A stretch of 64,000 nt of DNA from an uncultured Hormoscilla sp. (GTDB lineage: Bacteria; Cyanobacteriota; Cyanobacteriia; Cyanobacteriales; Desertifilaceae). The notes under the pieces are model-generated. The model was not told the DNA's origin. It made no database searches and worked only from the letters and a program-made list of their open reading frames with translations. Location: positions 160,001 through 224,000 of the forward strand of contig OZ001293.3 of assembly GCA_963921275.4 (NCBI GenBank). Reading direction: 5' to 3'. A program made the position numbers and the translations under genes. Numbering within the stretch: position 1 is the first letter of the stretch; each line of letters opens with the position of its first letter. Below, piece by piece: positions 30,490 through 41,073 of this stretch.

Positions 30490-31268
30490 TTATAACCATT
30501 CTATTTTACGGGCTGCTTCTGGGAGTTTAGCTTCTTGTTGACCTCTAGATCGCGCTTTGGCTGTAAACAGACCAATGTACTTACCAAGTCGAGAACAGTT
30601 GCTTTGCCGAGGGTAGCCTTGACCATTGTGATTGGCAACTCTTTGAGCAACCACCGACTCAGGCCATAGTTCTCGTCTCGCCAAGTCATTTCTGGCATTA
30701 ATTTTACCCCGTGCAGTTCGTGCAGGTAAAGATTCGATCGACCATACCTGCGCCATTGACTTTCCAGTTCCTTCATTGACTGGCGATGACGGTGCTGTAC
30801 AATGGCTGTGGGGATGGGCTAGAGTATGTTTTTGGGATAGGGTATTCTGGCGATCAGCATATTGTTCTAGAAAGGTTTTTCCTGGCAGGGCCAATATCTC
30901 TCCGGCTACAATTCCTATACTGGGGTTGCTAAAAGGGCAATTAGGTTTTCTAACTAATCGGGTTGGGGGCGACAATCGGCATCGGTAAATGCTAGAATAT
31001 TACCAGTGGCTGCTTTGATACCCCGATTGCGAGCAGCATAGGAGCTTTGGATTTCCAATTCCGTCAGGTGTTTAATTGCTAGTGTCTGGTCCGATGCTGC
31101 TTGCAGGATATCAGGCGTGCGATCGCTACTCCTATTGTCTATCAGCAAATACTCTACTCGCGCTGCCGGGAAGCGCTGCTCTCTCAAGCATGACAGCAAC
31201 TCTGGCAAGTCTGCCTCTCCATTATATACTGGGACTATAACTGAAACCTTAAATTTTTCTTTGTTCAT
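30490..31268 (-). pseudogene. GT2 glycosyltransferase with several frameshifts and an internal deletion
   Basis: VSVIVPVYN, SYAARNRG, FTDADC; remainder spread over three frames. Confidence 0.8.
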
Positions 31269-31423
31269 TTTTTTGCTAACTGCACGATTTGTGTTATTAT
31301 CTTTATGGGAAACCGATGCTTGCTGCCGGCACTAGGCACAGATTTCCCATTATGAAAAAAAGCCGATCAGAAAATGTCAACTTTGGCAACCCCTTTTTTC
31401 AGATCGGGAGGGCAAGGTAGGGG

Positions 31424-31897
31424 ATGAAAAAGATGATTATCGGTGTAATGGGACCGGGTACTGGAGCCAAGGCCCAGGATCTGGAAAATGCCTATGAACT
31501 GGGCAGGCTAATTGCCGAACGGGGATGGGTACTGCTGACTGGCGGCAGGAATGTCGGGGTCATGGATGCTGCTAGTCGCGGGGCGAAGGCGGCTAATGGT
31601 TTGACGATCGGCATTCTCCCCAGCAGCGATAAAACAGGTATTTCCCCAGCGATCGATATTCCCATTATCACAGATTTGGGCAATGCTCGCAATAATATTA
31701 ACGTGCTTTCCTCTGATGTGGTGATTGCCTGTGGCATGAGTGCCGGGACAGCTTCGGAAATTGCTTTAGCCCTGAAAAGCCATAAGAAGGTAATTCTCTT
31801 AACCGATAATCAAGAAGCTAAAGCATTCTTCAGCCAACTGTCACCCAACCATGTTATGCTGAGCAATAGCCCAGAAGCGGCGATCAGGCTAATTTAG
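31424..31897 (+). CDS. LOG/SLOG-family protein (TIGR00725-like)
   Basis: TGGRNVGVMDAASRGA, GNARN, GTASEI. Confidence 0.85.
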   Translation: MKKMIIGVMGPGTGAKAQDLENAYELGRLIAERGWVLLTGGRNVGVMDAASRGAKAANGLTIGILPSSDKTGISPAIDIPIITDLGNARNNINVLSSDVVIACGMSAGTASEIALALKSHKKVILLTDNQEAKAFFSQLSPNHVMLSNSPEAAIRLI

Positions 31898-32189
31898 GCA
31901 TGTTAGACTCACGATCCGGCCCTTGGCTTAATTTATACCTTCATAAACTTTTAAAACAGCCTCTTAGGACTATTGGGAGTTTTTGATGTTTGCGGAATTT
32001 GCGCGAGCGCTTCTTCTGCGGTTTGGTGCGGTAAACCTGACGCCATTTCATATTCTTCATAACCCGCCGGTAGGTGGTAGCCGTTCGTAGTAAGGACTTT
32101 AGTCCTTATCAGCCGGTAGAAAGAATTCAGCACCGTACTGTTAACTGTGCTATAGTAGATGAGAACAGTAATTACCCCAAGGCTGGAAA

Positions 32190-32777
32190 ATGAACCCGAC
32201 CGCATCAAGCAGATTACAATTGACTTCTGACTTAAACATATGCCGGATATTGAATGGCATGTGGCAAGTATCTGGTGCCCACGGAAAAATCTACCCCAAA
32301 AAGGCGATCCAGAGTATGTTTGACTATATGGATGCAGGCTTCACGACCTGGGACTTGGCAGATCATTACGGTCCTGCGGAAGATTTTATTGGCGAGTTCC
32401 GACGTCAACTGGTGGCCAAACGGGGTGAAGAGGCTTTATCCAACCTGCAAGCTTTTACGCAGTGGGTGCCCAGACCTGGTAAAATGACTAAGCAGCTGGT
32501 GGAGAAGAATATTGATATCGGGCGCCAACGCATGGGAGTGGAGGCGATCGATCTAATGCAGTTCCACTGGTGGGAATATCGGGATGAAAATTACCTGGAC
32601 GCCCTCAAGTATATGGCGGAACTGCAAAGTGAGGGGAAAATTAAGCATCTGGCCTTGACTAACTTTGATACGGAACACCTGCAAATTATTACCGATGCTG
32701 GCATCAAAATTGTATCCAATCAGGTGCAGTTTTCTTTGGTTGATCGGCGTCCGTTAGTGAAGATGGTCCTTCATTGA
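32190..32777 (+). pseudogene. Aldo/keto reductase, N-terminal part, cut by an IS
   Basis: GMWQ, WDLADHYG, IDLMQFHWW, SNQVQFS; ends abruptly. Confidence 0.85.
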
Positions 32778-33040
32778 AGCGGCGATATCTCTTGCGTGCC
32801 GAGTCCCCTGGGACAAGAGCACGACAAGAGATATCGAAGGGCGATAACTCGAATCCATTGCAAGCCGTAGCCAGTGACTTCCGCCACGAAGGAAACTCTT
32901 GTTTCCTTTGGCTAACAACCAGACAATCTGCCACTGAGAGCGCTCTACCGGGTCAGCGGCTTCTCGATAACGCTTGGACATCTCTTCTACAGAAATATGC
33001 TCTTTGATGCACAGATGCTTACCCATAGTGAACAATAGAT
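32765..33040 (-). mobile_element. IS630-like transposase N-terminal remnant
   Basis: MGKHLCIKEHISVEEMSKRYREAADPVERSQWQIVWLLAKG...RYRRFNEGP. Confidence 0.65.
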
Positions 33041-33067
33041 TGCAACTTACCTCTAAAAGCATATATT

Positions 33068-33233
33068 AACTCAAGTTGCTACCTATAAAAATTGCGACCT
33101 CCCAGACAGCCATTTTGGTAAATTTATTCGCCAAAATGCCGTTTTGGGGTAAATCACAAGGTAATTTTGGCTGATTTTGGCTGATTTTGGCACTTTGCAA
33201 GGAGTTGAGGTTCTATAGGTAGCAACTTAGGTT
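33068..33233. mobile_element. MITE (~166 bp)
   Basis: TIRs AACTCAAGTTGCTACCTATA / TATAGGTAGCAACTTAGGTT. Confidence 0.75.
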
Positions 33234-33348
33234 ATATTATACAACCGGATTTCCTATCATAAGTAGTGATTTTAATGTCTGAAACCCAGGGCGGACCGTA
33301 GTCGAATCACTACTTCTTGACTACTACCCAACCATCAACCATCAACCA

Positions 33349-33981
33349 TCAACTATACAGCTGGACGTATTCCCGAAATTTAGGGCCAAAATGTTTTAAG
33401 CAACGCTGATAAAAGGAACTTAAAGTCGAAATGCCAATGGAAAAATGAGCAGATATATCTTTCCAAGATTCTCCTTCAGCGCGGCGTTTGGCTATGGCCC
33501 GCAAGTTAGCGTCGGGCCGATCGCATATATACTTGGACTTAAACAATCCATCTGGGTCTTCATCCAGACAATTAATCACCAGAATGATCGGGGACATTTG
33601 CTTACTGTCATCGGCTAGTGTCTCATCTAGATAAGCTAACAGGGAATCATATTTTTTCTGTCCTATTCTATCCCAGTAGGGAGTATCTAAAGAAGTTTCA
33701 TACCAGGGGGTGTTGTAGCTATTAATCACGTCCAGAAACTTCTGGCGCAACAGAAAGTTAACCCAGTTCATGACCTTGCCTTTCCTAGGGTCGTAGTTGT
33801 CAATCTTGCGCCAGATATATAACCAGTTTTCCTGAAGGGCCTCGTCATAATTCTCTCGCCAAAAGTAATATTTATATTTATTGGGAACGTACAGGTCGCC
33901 AGAATTTTCCAGGGCCCGGATCAGGTTGGCAAAAGCCCGATCATGTTCGCGAGTGCCGGGTCGATGCCTTTGAATTTCCAA
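33349..33981 (-). CDS. Cyanobacterial sigma-70-like protein (start uncertain)
   Basis: YDEALQENWLYIWRKIDNYDP, VMNWVNFLL, C-terminal HTH ISTLSSFYQRCL. Confidence 0.7.
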   Translation of the reverse strand: MEIQRHRPGTREHDRAFANLIRALENSGDLYVPNKYKYYFWRENYDEALQENWLYIWRKIDNYDPRKGKVMNWVNFLLRQKFLDVINSYNTPWYETSLDTPYWDRIGQKKYDSLLAYLDETLADDSKQMSPIILVINCLDEDPDGLFKSKYICDRPDANLRAIAKRRAEGESWKDISAHFSIGISTLSSFYQRCLKHFGPKFREYVQLYS

Positions 33982-34025
33982 TGCCAGGTGAATTAGCTGT
34001 TTTTGAGTAATCTGACCGTACTCTT

Positions 34026-34502
34026 CTACTGGTTCGGACTCTTCTGGCTCGGAAGTGGAAGCTGCTCGTGATGGCGAATTTCTTCAGCGTAGTTGTTACC
34101 TGGGTCGATATCTGCTATTAGCTCAGCTACTTGCTTTCGGAGTTCGGGCTCCTGACTCCAATATAGCAGTTTGGTGAGGGCGGATATCGCCTGTGAGTTG
34201 CCCGTACCAACTTTTTTCCAGCTTGACACCGCCAGGGAGAGAGTCTGACGATCGGGACTTCGATGCAGCAGCTCAGTTAATATCTGGAGAGCATCGGGGT
34301 TGCCTGGCTGGATTTGAGCTAAAGTGGTGGCAACTAAGCAATCAGTATAATCAGCCTGATCGGTTTGCAGCTGTCCGATCAGATATGCCTGAGCCTCCCA
34401 ACTATCACCAGCAATAGACCGCAGCTCGGCCACCGCAGACCAAAACTGATATTTTTGCCGATCGCGGCTGAATAAATCAATCATAGCACCAAGCAGATAC
34501 AT
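34026..34502 (-). CDS. HEAT-repeat protein (possibly truncated by IS607)
   Basis: LAQIQPGNPDALQIL, VGTGNSQAISAL, IADIDPGN. Confidence 0.55.
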   Translation of the reverse strand: MYLLGAMIDLFSRDRQKYQFWSAVAELRSIAGDSWEAQAYLIGQLQTDQADYTDCLVATTLAQIQPGNPDALQILTELLHRSPDRQTLSLAVSSWKKVGTGNSQAISALTKLLYWSQEPELRKQVAELIADIDPGNNYAEEIRHHEQLPLPSQKSPNQ

Positions 34503-36194
34503 TTAACCCGAAAAAATCTTGTAATTGCCGGAAATTTCTGAGTATGGCACAATCTGGAATGAAGCTATCAGGCCAGATGCGGAGGTATCTCTCAAAGCCT
34601 TCAACAAAATGTTGAAAGCGCCATTAATATCACGACTAATAGTGTGACCACATGAGGGACAAATAAATCGTTTGTTGCCTCCTAACTTTATGTGAATGTG
34701 CCCACATTTTGAGCAAGTTTTGCTGGTGTACTCTTCCGTCACGTCTACTACAACACAGCCGTATTTAGCTGCTTGATGCTTCAACGTTTGCTTAAAACGG
34801 TAATGAGACCATGTAACCATTTTACGTGCTGTCTTAGTTGACAACCGTCGCTTGCCTCGTTTGACCATATTTTTAACCTCAAATGTAGGCAAAAATATGA
34901 CTTTGTACTTGGTGCATAGATAGTTGGCTGCTTTCTTATGCAGTTCATCAACCAAGTTACGAATCTTAACCCGAATCTTTTGTGCCGCCTTTCGCAGGCA
35001 GTGCCGTAGCCGCTTAAATTGGCGTCCTTTAGATAAGCCGATTCGAGACATTAGCCGATCGAGATGACTGGCTAACCGATAGATACGACCCATATCAGAC
35101 TTGCCAACCTCCCAAATTTCTTGACCGTCAAACCCAGTTAGAAATGTCCTGACACCTGGATCAAGGGCGATGGCTAGCTCACTGTTTAATGGTTCCAGTT
35201 TAGGCACGTCTATGGCATAACAGATAAACCAACGTCCTCTGTCTAGTACCAATGTAGGCTCATGGTGCATTTTGTCTATAATTGGCTCACTTGCTTTGAA
35301 CCTTAATCCTTTGGTCTGTGTTGGATAAAAATTTCCTTTTTTCCAGTTATTTTTCTGAAACCGGATAGACTTAACAGATTCACGTACTGAGCGAAATTTA
35401 GCATCTTCTCCTGATTTTCTTGCTGCTTTGTGTGCCTCATAAGCCTGAAATACCGCCAATTGGCGTGGGCTATATGGGGTTTGACTTACCCAAGATGGAG
35501 CCATATCCATGACCGTTTTGCGTAGGTCATATTTGCCAATCTTCTGATTTTTGAGTATAGCAATGGCTTGATTGAAGCACCATCTGGCTGCTGATATCCA
35601 TTGAAACCAGGTTTTAGCTAATGCCGTTTCTGGGTAAACTCGAATCTTCTTTGATAGCAGATTTGTACTTCCTGAGTCCATAGAGTCTGCAACTGAAGAC
35701 ATGGACGATGGCAAGGATATCCTCAACCATTTCTCGTTCTGGAGATAGGTCACTTCGGTTGAGAACCACGAGTTGGCAATCTTTTTGTTGACAGAGCCAC
35801 TCGATAAGGTCAAGTCCAAACCTGACAAGTCTGTCTTTGTGGCAGACCACAACTTCTTTGACATCTCCTGACATGACTTGTCCCAGAATGGATAAAAACC
35901 CTTTGCGTTTGTAGTTGAGTCCTGATCCGATTTCCTTGACAAGTTTTCCGTCTGTGAACAAGGATTGCAAATAGTCGGCTTGCCGTTCAAGGTCTGACTT
36001 TTGCTTATATGAACTGACTCTGGCGTAGAGGATTCTGATTCTTGGGGAGCCGTCTGGATTAATGACGGAGTCGATGTCGTATCGTCGATGACCAGCGGGA
36101 GTTCTAATTGTCTGTATTTTTCCGTCTCTATCCCAGTTTCGGAGTGTTTTTTCCGAGACCTGAAGGACTTGTGACGCTTCTCTCGGTGTGGCAT
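34503..36194 (-). CDS. tnpB: IS607 TnpB RNA-guided nuclease, Fanzor-like clade; start uncertain, ORF overlaps tnpA
   Basis: KKIRVYP, ARWCFN, IALDPGVRTF, VIFLP, VTEEYTSKTCSKCG, CPSCG, RDINGAFNI. Confidence 0.9.
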   Translation of the reverse strand: MPHREKRHKSFRSRKKHSETGIETEKYRQLELPLVIDDTTSTPSLIQTAPQESESSTPESVHISKSQTLNGKPTICNPCSQTENLSRKSDQDSTTNAKGFYPFWDKSCQEMSKKLWSATKTDLSGLDLTLSSGSVNKKIANSWFSTEVTYLQNEKWLRISLPSSMSSVADSMDSGSTNLLSKKIRVYPETALAKTWFQWISAARWCFNQAIAILKNQKIGKYDLRKTVMDMAPSWVSQTPYSPRQLAVFQAYEAHKAARKSGEDAKFRSVRESVKSIRFQKNNWKKGNFYPTQTKGLRFKASEPIIDKMHHEPTLVLDRGRWFICYAIDVPKLEPLNSELAIALDPGVRTFLTGFDGQEIWEVGKSDMGRIYRLASHLDRLMSRIGLSKGRQFKRLRHCLRKAAQKIRVKIRNLVDELHKKAANYLCTKYKVIFLPTFEVKNMVKRGKRRLSTKTARKMVTWSHYRFKQTLKHQAAKYGCVVVDVTEEYTSKTCSKCGHIHIKLGGNKRFICPSCGHTISRDINGAFNILLKALRDTSASGLIASFQIVPYSEISGNYKIFSG

Positions 36195-36201
36195 ATCTCA
36201 T
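35614..36201 (-). CDS. tnpA: IS607 serine-recombinase transposase
   Basis: MerR-like HTH (TLRNWD...GHRRY), YARVSS, DLERQ, GSGLN, DRLVRFG. Confidence 0.93.
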   Translation of the reverse strand: MRYATPREASQVLQVSEKTLRNWDRDGKIQTIRTPAGHRRYDIDSVINPDGSPRIRILYARVSSYKQKSDLERQADYLQSLFTDGKLVKEIGSGLNYKRKGFLSILGQVMSGDVKEVVVCHKDRLVRFGLDLIEWLCQQKDCQLVVLNRSDLSPEREMVEDILAIVHVFSCRLYGLRKYKSAIKEDSSLPRNGIS

Positions 36202-36309
36202 GATGTTTTTGTTTGCACTATCAATATTATACCACGCGCGAGAATATATTTCCGGAAAAATATATAAAATTCCTGAAAATCATACTTTAGTTATCAACAC
36301 CCAACGCTG

Positions 36310-36468
36310 TCAGGAAGATCAGGGTATCTGGAAGCAGTGGCTAGCTGGCTATCGCTGGGTGTATAACTGGACAGTGGCCCAACGGCGGCAGGATGCCAGA
36401 TCCGGAGCCTACAGCCTTCAAACTAAGTGCCGAGTCAGCAATCGCCCTGAGTGGGTGCGGGTGTGGCC
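36310..36468 (+). pseudogene. N-terminal relic of a second TnpB
   Basis: IWKQWLAGYRWVYNWTVA...AYSLQ...PEWV resembles WFQWISAARWCFNQAIA...KYDLR...PSWV. Confidence 0.55.
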
Positions 36469-36594
36469 AAAAGTAGTTGATAGAGTAGAGGAGAAAAGCT
36501 GTCCCCTTGGGTCAATTATGATAATCATTACGCGATGTGCAACTTTCTACGGAAGAATAAAGGCGAGACGCCCGCCCTACACGCTGCGCTTCCT

Positions 36595-36999
36595 CTACAG
36601 ATTGATAGAAATCGCTTGGACGGGACAGGCGGGAATGCATTGCTCGCAGACGATACAGCGCGATCGGGTGAAGGTGAGGCGCCCGCTGTCCGGGTCAAGT
36701 TTGAGGGCCTGGGTGGGACAGACGCCGGTGCAAAGTCCGCAATGGACACAGCTGTCTTCATCAATCAAAATCTCGCTTTTGGCCAGGGAGACGCTGATGT
36801 CCTGGGCGTGCATCCACTCGATCGCCGCTTCCAGTTCGTCGATGTCACCGGAGAGTTCCAAAACCAAGACCCCAATTTGATTGGGTGCTACCTGGGCCCG
36901 GATGATATTTGCTGCCACGTTAAAATCTTTAGCCAGTCGATAGGTAACCGGCATGCGCACAGCACTGCGCGGAAAAGTTAGCCTTACCCGTTTCTTCAT
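36595..36999 (-). CDS. NIL-domain 4Fe-4S dicluster ferredoxin
   Basis: NIIRAQV; CVHCGLCTGVCP and CIVCEQCIPACP. Confidence 0.9.
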   Translation of the reverse strand: MKKRVRLTFPRSAVRMPVTYRLAKDFNVAANIIRAQVAPNQIGVLVLELSGDIDELEAAIEWMHAQDISVSLAKSEILIDEDSCVHCGLCTGVCPTQALKLDPDSGRLTFTRSRCIVCEQCIPACPVQAISINL

Positions 37000-37055
37000 A
37001 CCTGTTATTATCTAAGAACTGTGCAATTGCCAACAAATATCATAGTTGTGCCCAG

Positions 37056-37646
37056 ATGACTTCAAATAATCCTGAATCTAAAACTACAGAACAATCCCCA
37101 GCTGCCATCCGGGTGAGAAATTTCTTGGTGGCGGTGGCGGCGATCGCCTTAACGGTTGCTATTTTCTTGGGTTTGCAAATCCAGAACCCTTCTACTTCCC
37201 TGACGGAGATAGCGGAAGCATCCACGCCTTACGCAGTCGCCAAAACCAATGGCAAACCAACCCTGCTAGAATTTTATGCCAATTGGTGTACAAGCTGTCA
37301 GGGAATGGTATCGGACATGGCAGCACTGAAACAGCAGTACGATGAACCGCTGAATTTCGTGATGCTGAATGTAGACAATAGCAAATGGTTGCCAGAACTG
37401 GTAGAGTATCGCGTGGATGGGATTCCCCATTTTGTGTTTTTGAACGATCGAGCAGAGGCGATCGCCCAAACCATCGGCGAACAACCCCGCAGCGTCATGG
37501 AAGAGAACATCAAAGCCCTCATTGCTGGTAGATCCCTGCCCTACGCCCAAACTACGGGTCAGTTTTCCAGCTTTTCAGCCCCGGTGGCACCCGCAAAAGC
37601 CAGTGCCACTGACCCCCGCAGTCACGGCGGCCTTCCCCAGGGCTGA
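37056..37646 (+). CDS. txlA: Thylakoid thioredoxin-like protein
   Basis: TM anchor, EFYANWCTSC, MLNVDNSKW, DPRSHG. Confidence 0.8.
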   Translation: MTSNNPESKTTEQSPAAIRVRNFLVAVAAIALTVAIFLGLQIQNPSTSLTEIAEASTPYAVAKTNGKPTLLEFYANWCTSCQGMVSDMAALKQQYDEPLNFVMLNVDNSKWLPELVEYRVDGIPHFVFLNDRAEAIAQTIGEQPRSVMEENIKALIAGRSLPYAQTTGQFSSFSAPVAPAKASATDPRSHGGLPQG

Positions 37647-37737
37647 CTTTTTCGGCGTCTTCCGCGTACTCTTGTCCTGAAGGACGCGGTACGCTCCAGA
37701 CACCGCGTTGACATTCGACCAAAACAATGATAGATAG

Positions 37738-39518
37738 ATGTTAGCTAGATTGCCATCGCCCTTCCGGTTATTTAAGTCTCGCTTGTCTCAGGGAATAGTC
37801 GCTTGGGTTTCACCAGCATTCTGACGATCGAGGTGATTATTTTCATCCCTTCCTATCGCCAACGGGAAGCAGATCTGCTATTGCAGCTAGAAGATGTCTC
37901 TTCGGAAGTGATTGCCTCAACTGTAGACATGATAAAAACAGGCAGGGCCTCAGCAGAAATTATAGGGACGATCGCCAATTCGCGGAAGCCAGATTCGATA
38001 ATTTTGGGAGGGGCACTTTACCAGGGTAACAGACAGCAGATCGGGACATTTGGAGAGTTGCCCGAAATTGAGATGGCTCCCATGAAGGGCGATGGGATAT
38101 TGCGTCAGCAAAGTCCGGATGGCGATCGCTACGATGTGGCCTGGTTAATTGGGGCTTCGCCAGGAGAAAAGTACATCCTGGCGATCCGTCACGACTCGTC
38201 GGGGATTAAACCAGAATTGTACGCCTTCACGGGACGTATTGCTGGCCTAGTGCTACTGATATCGGCTTTTGTTACTGTCGTCACGATGGTGGTTTTGGGA
38301 GTAACGGTGATTACTCCCATTCTCGGACTCCGAGATGACCTCATAGCTGCCGATTTAGCCACAAGCAACCAGCAAGTTAATATTGATTTCTACTCGCAAA
38401 AGGTAAAGCGATCGGATGAGTTAGGAGAGGTGATGAAAGCTTTCAATCAGATGTTCCAACATATTCATCAGGAAATAGGCGATCGCATTGGGGCGGAAGC
38501 AGAAGTGCGCAAGCTAAATGCGGAACTGGAACAATGGGTGCAACAACTAGAAACAGAGATTAACGAACGCCAACGGGTAGAGACGGCTCTGCGTCAGTCA
38601 GAAAAGGAATTGCTCCAGCAAACTTAGCGGCTGGAGTTAACTCTAAATCAACTTAAGAATACCCAGGCGCAGTTGGTGCAAACTGAGAAGATGTCTAGTC
38701 TAGGTCAACTGGTAGCGGGGGTAGCTCATGAAATCAACAATCCGATCAATTTTGTTTACGGCAATATTGCCTATGCTAATCAATATACTAAGGATCTGCT
38801 GGATCTGCTGTCTCTCTACCAGGAAAAATTTCCCGCTCCGGGAGAAGAAATTTTGGCGGTTGCAGAGGAGATGGATATAAAATTTCTCAGGGAAGACTTA
38901 GCCAGAATGCTGAATTCGATGCAGGAGGAGTCCGAGCGCGTTCGCGATATTGTGCTCTCCCTGCGGAACTTCTCTCGCCTGGATGAATCAGATTTGAAAC
39001 AAGTTGACATTCACGAGGGGATTGACAGCACGATGTTGATTTTAAAATACCGTTTGCAGTCGGAATTTGCTGAGATTGAGATCGATAAAAAGTATGGAAA
39101 TTTGCCTTTGGTGGAATGCTATCCCGGACAACTGAACCAAGTATTTATGAATATTTTAATTAATTCGATTGAGGCTTTTTCAGCAGAGGAAAAAGAATCT
39201 TCAGAAATTAGTCAGAGGACCAGGAGAATTATCATCCGCACTCGACATAATGAGCAAAAAGCGGTAGTGCGAATCATCGACAATGGACCGGGAATGTCCC
39301 CAGAAGTCAGAAAGAGACTGTTTGACCCTTTTTTCACTACCAAACCAGTGGGGAAGGGAACGGGGTTAGGACTTTCGATCGGCTACCAAATTGTAGTAGA
39401 AAAGCATGGGGGAGTATTGCAATGTTTCTCAGAACCAGGGAAAGGAGCGGAGTTTTGGATTGAAATTCCTCTGAGTCAAAGTCAGAGAAGATCCGGACTT
39501 AACCAGAGACAAGTGTGA
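37738..39518 (+). pseudogene. HAMP sensor histidine kinase; frameshift near 37810 and in-frame TAG at 38625
   Basis: TM + HAMP (DELGEV), EKMSSLGQLVAGVAHEINNP, DNGPGM, FFTTKPVGKGTGLGL. Confidence 0.85.
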
Positions 39519-39641
39519 AAGCATGTCAGAGAATGGAAAATGGAGAATTGAATAGCAATTGAAACGCGATCGAGTCCTAGTGGTAGGATAGGTAAAGGTA
39601 AAAAAAAGAATGTTTGAGTTGGTTAACAATTGATAGCAAGT

Positions 39642-40502
39642 ATGAACAATAATCCTAACCAAGCGCAAGTACCAAGTGCAGATGAACATCAGAAAGCCAA
39701 AGGTCGTTTTCCTCTGGGAATTGCTCTAACATTTACCCTATTGGGGGCCTTGGGAAGCCTGGCAATTTTTTCCCCATTGGTGTTCAAGGGGCGAGAAGTG
39801 CAAACGGCAAATATCGGCGATCGCGCCGTGGTAGACCTCACCCATATCATGCACGATGATATGCCTTTCTGGCCTGGGGGAGTGCCCTTCACTAAAACCG
39901 TGCTAGTGGATTACGATAAAGGCTATCTATTGCATAAATTTGAAATGGGTGAAAACACGGGCACTCATATTGATGCCCCCGCTCACTTTATCAAAGGAAA
40001 TCGGTCGATCGATCGCATCCCCATCTCAGAATTGATTGTTCCCGCCGTGACGATCGACATCCAAGACAAGGTGGCGAATAATCCTGACTATCAGCTATCA
40101 GCTGCCGATGTCATCGCGTGGGAAGCAAAGCACGGTCAAATTCCGGCAGGTTCCCTGATGATTTTGAACACGGGTTGGCACAAACGCTTTGACAATCCCC
40201 AGGCGTATATTAATATGGACAGTAACAAAGTGATGCATTTTCCCGGTTTTGGTGCCGATAGTGCTAAACTGCTAGTAGAGCGAGATGTGGTGGGAATCGG
40301 AATTGATACCCTCAGTCTAGATTATGGTGGCTCGTCGGATTTTGCTACCCACGGGATTATGCTCAAGGAAAACAAATACCAGATTGAAAATATGGCGAAT
40401 TTGGATGCTCTTCTCCCCACAGGCGCAACGGTGATTATTGGCGTCCTCCCAGTTAAGGGGGGTTCCCAGGCACAAGCACGCATTTTTGCTATTCTACCTT
40501 GA
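39642..40502 (+). CDS. Cyclase/kynurenine-formamidase-like metal hydrolase with N-terminal TM
   Basis: NTGTHIDAPAH, GIDTLS, IENM. Confidence 0.85.
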   Translation: MNNNPNQAQVPSADEHQKAKGRFPLGIALTFTLLGALGSLAIFSPLVFKGREVQTANIGDRAVVDLTHIMHDDMPFWPGGVPFTKTVLVDYDKGYLLHKFEMGENTGTHIDAPAHFIKGNRSIDRIPISELIVPAVTIDIQDKVANNPDYQLSAADVIAWEAKHGQIPAGSLMILNTGWHKRFDNPQAYINMDSNKVMHFPGFGADSAKLLVERDVVGIGIDTLSLDYGGSSDFATHGIMLKENKYQIENMANLDALLPTGATVIIGVLPVKGGSQAQARIFAILP

Positions 40503-40541
40503 TGGTCCCAGTCCTATTGAAATGCAAGGAGTCATAGGAAA

Positions 40542-41048
40542 ATGTTTTGGAGACAAAATAGATCGTCTCGGCGGCAGATATTGCCCCTAGGGGCGATCGC
40601 CCTGTTGCTTGCTGTTAGCTGTGGGAGGGGCGATCGCCATCAAAGTAGCATGGTGGCGGAAAAATCGACAGCACCCGTGACGCGGGAGGTTCTGGCCCAG
40701 GGAAAACCGGGGGGCGAACCCTGCCGAGTGCTCGAACTCGTGCGCTATACTATTGCAGCAGGTGTCAAGCTGCCACCTCACACTCATCCGGGAATGCAGA
40801 TAGGAACAGTTAAGTCCGGAGTGCTCACTTACCAGGTGGTGGAAGAAGAATCAAAAATTACTCGGGGGAAAGATGGGTCGGTTGAAACTCTCAGATCTGG
40901 AGCACAAACCAAACTGTATGCAGGAGATTCCCTGGTAGAACCAGAAGCAATGGTGCATTTTGGTCAAAATGATGGGTCTGAACCCTTAGTCATCCTCACG
41001 TCGTCGTTGTTCGCCTGCGATCGACCTCCCAGTCAGATATTGGAGTAA
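40542..41048 (+). CDS. Cupin-domain lipoprotein
   Basis: LAVSC lipobox; PHTHPG and VHFG. Confidence 0.75.
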   Translation: MFWRQNRSSRRQILPLGAIALLLAVSCGRGDRHQSSMVAEKSTAPVTREVLAQGKPGGEPCRVLELVRYTIAAGVKLPPHTHPGMQIGTVKSGVLTYQVVEEESKITRGKDGSVETLRSGAQTKLYAGDSLVEPEAMVHFGQNDGSEPLVILTSSLFACDRPPSQILE

Positions 41049-41073
41049 AGTCAATCCCTAAGAAGTGAAAGTT

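Noticed and set aside
36188..36981. Plus-strand ORFs 36188-36880 and 36535-36981 as real genes
   Set aside because: Composite of an IS end, the TnpB relic and antisense of the ferredoxin gene
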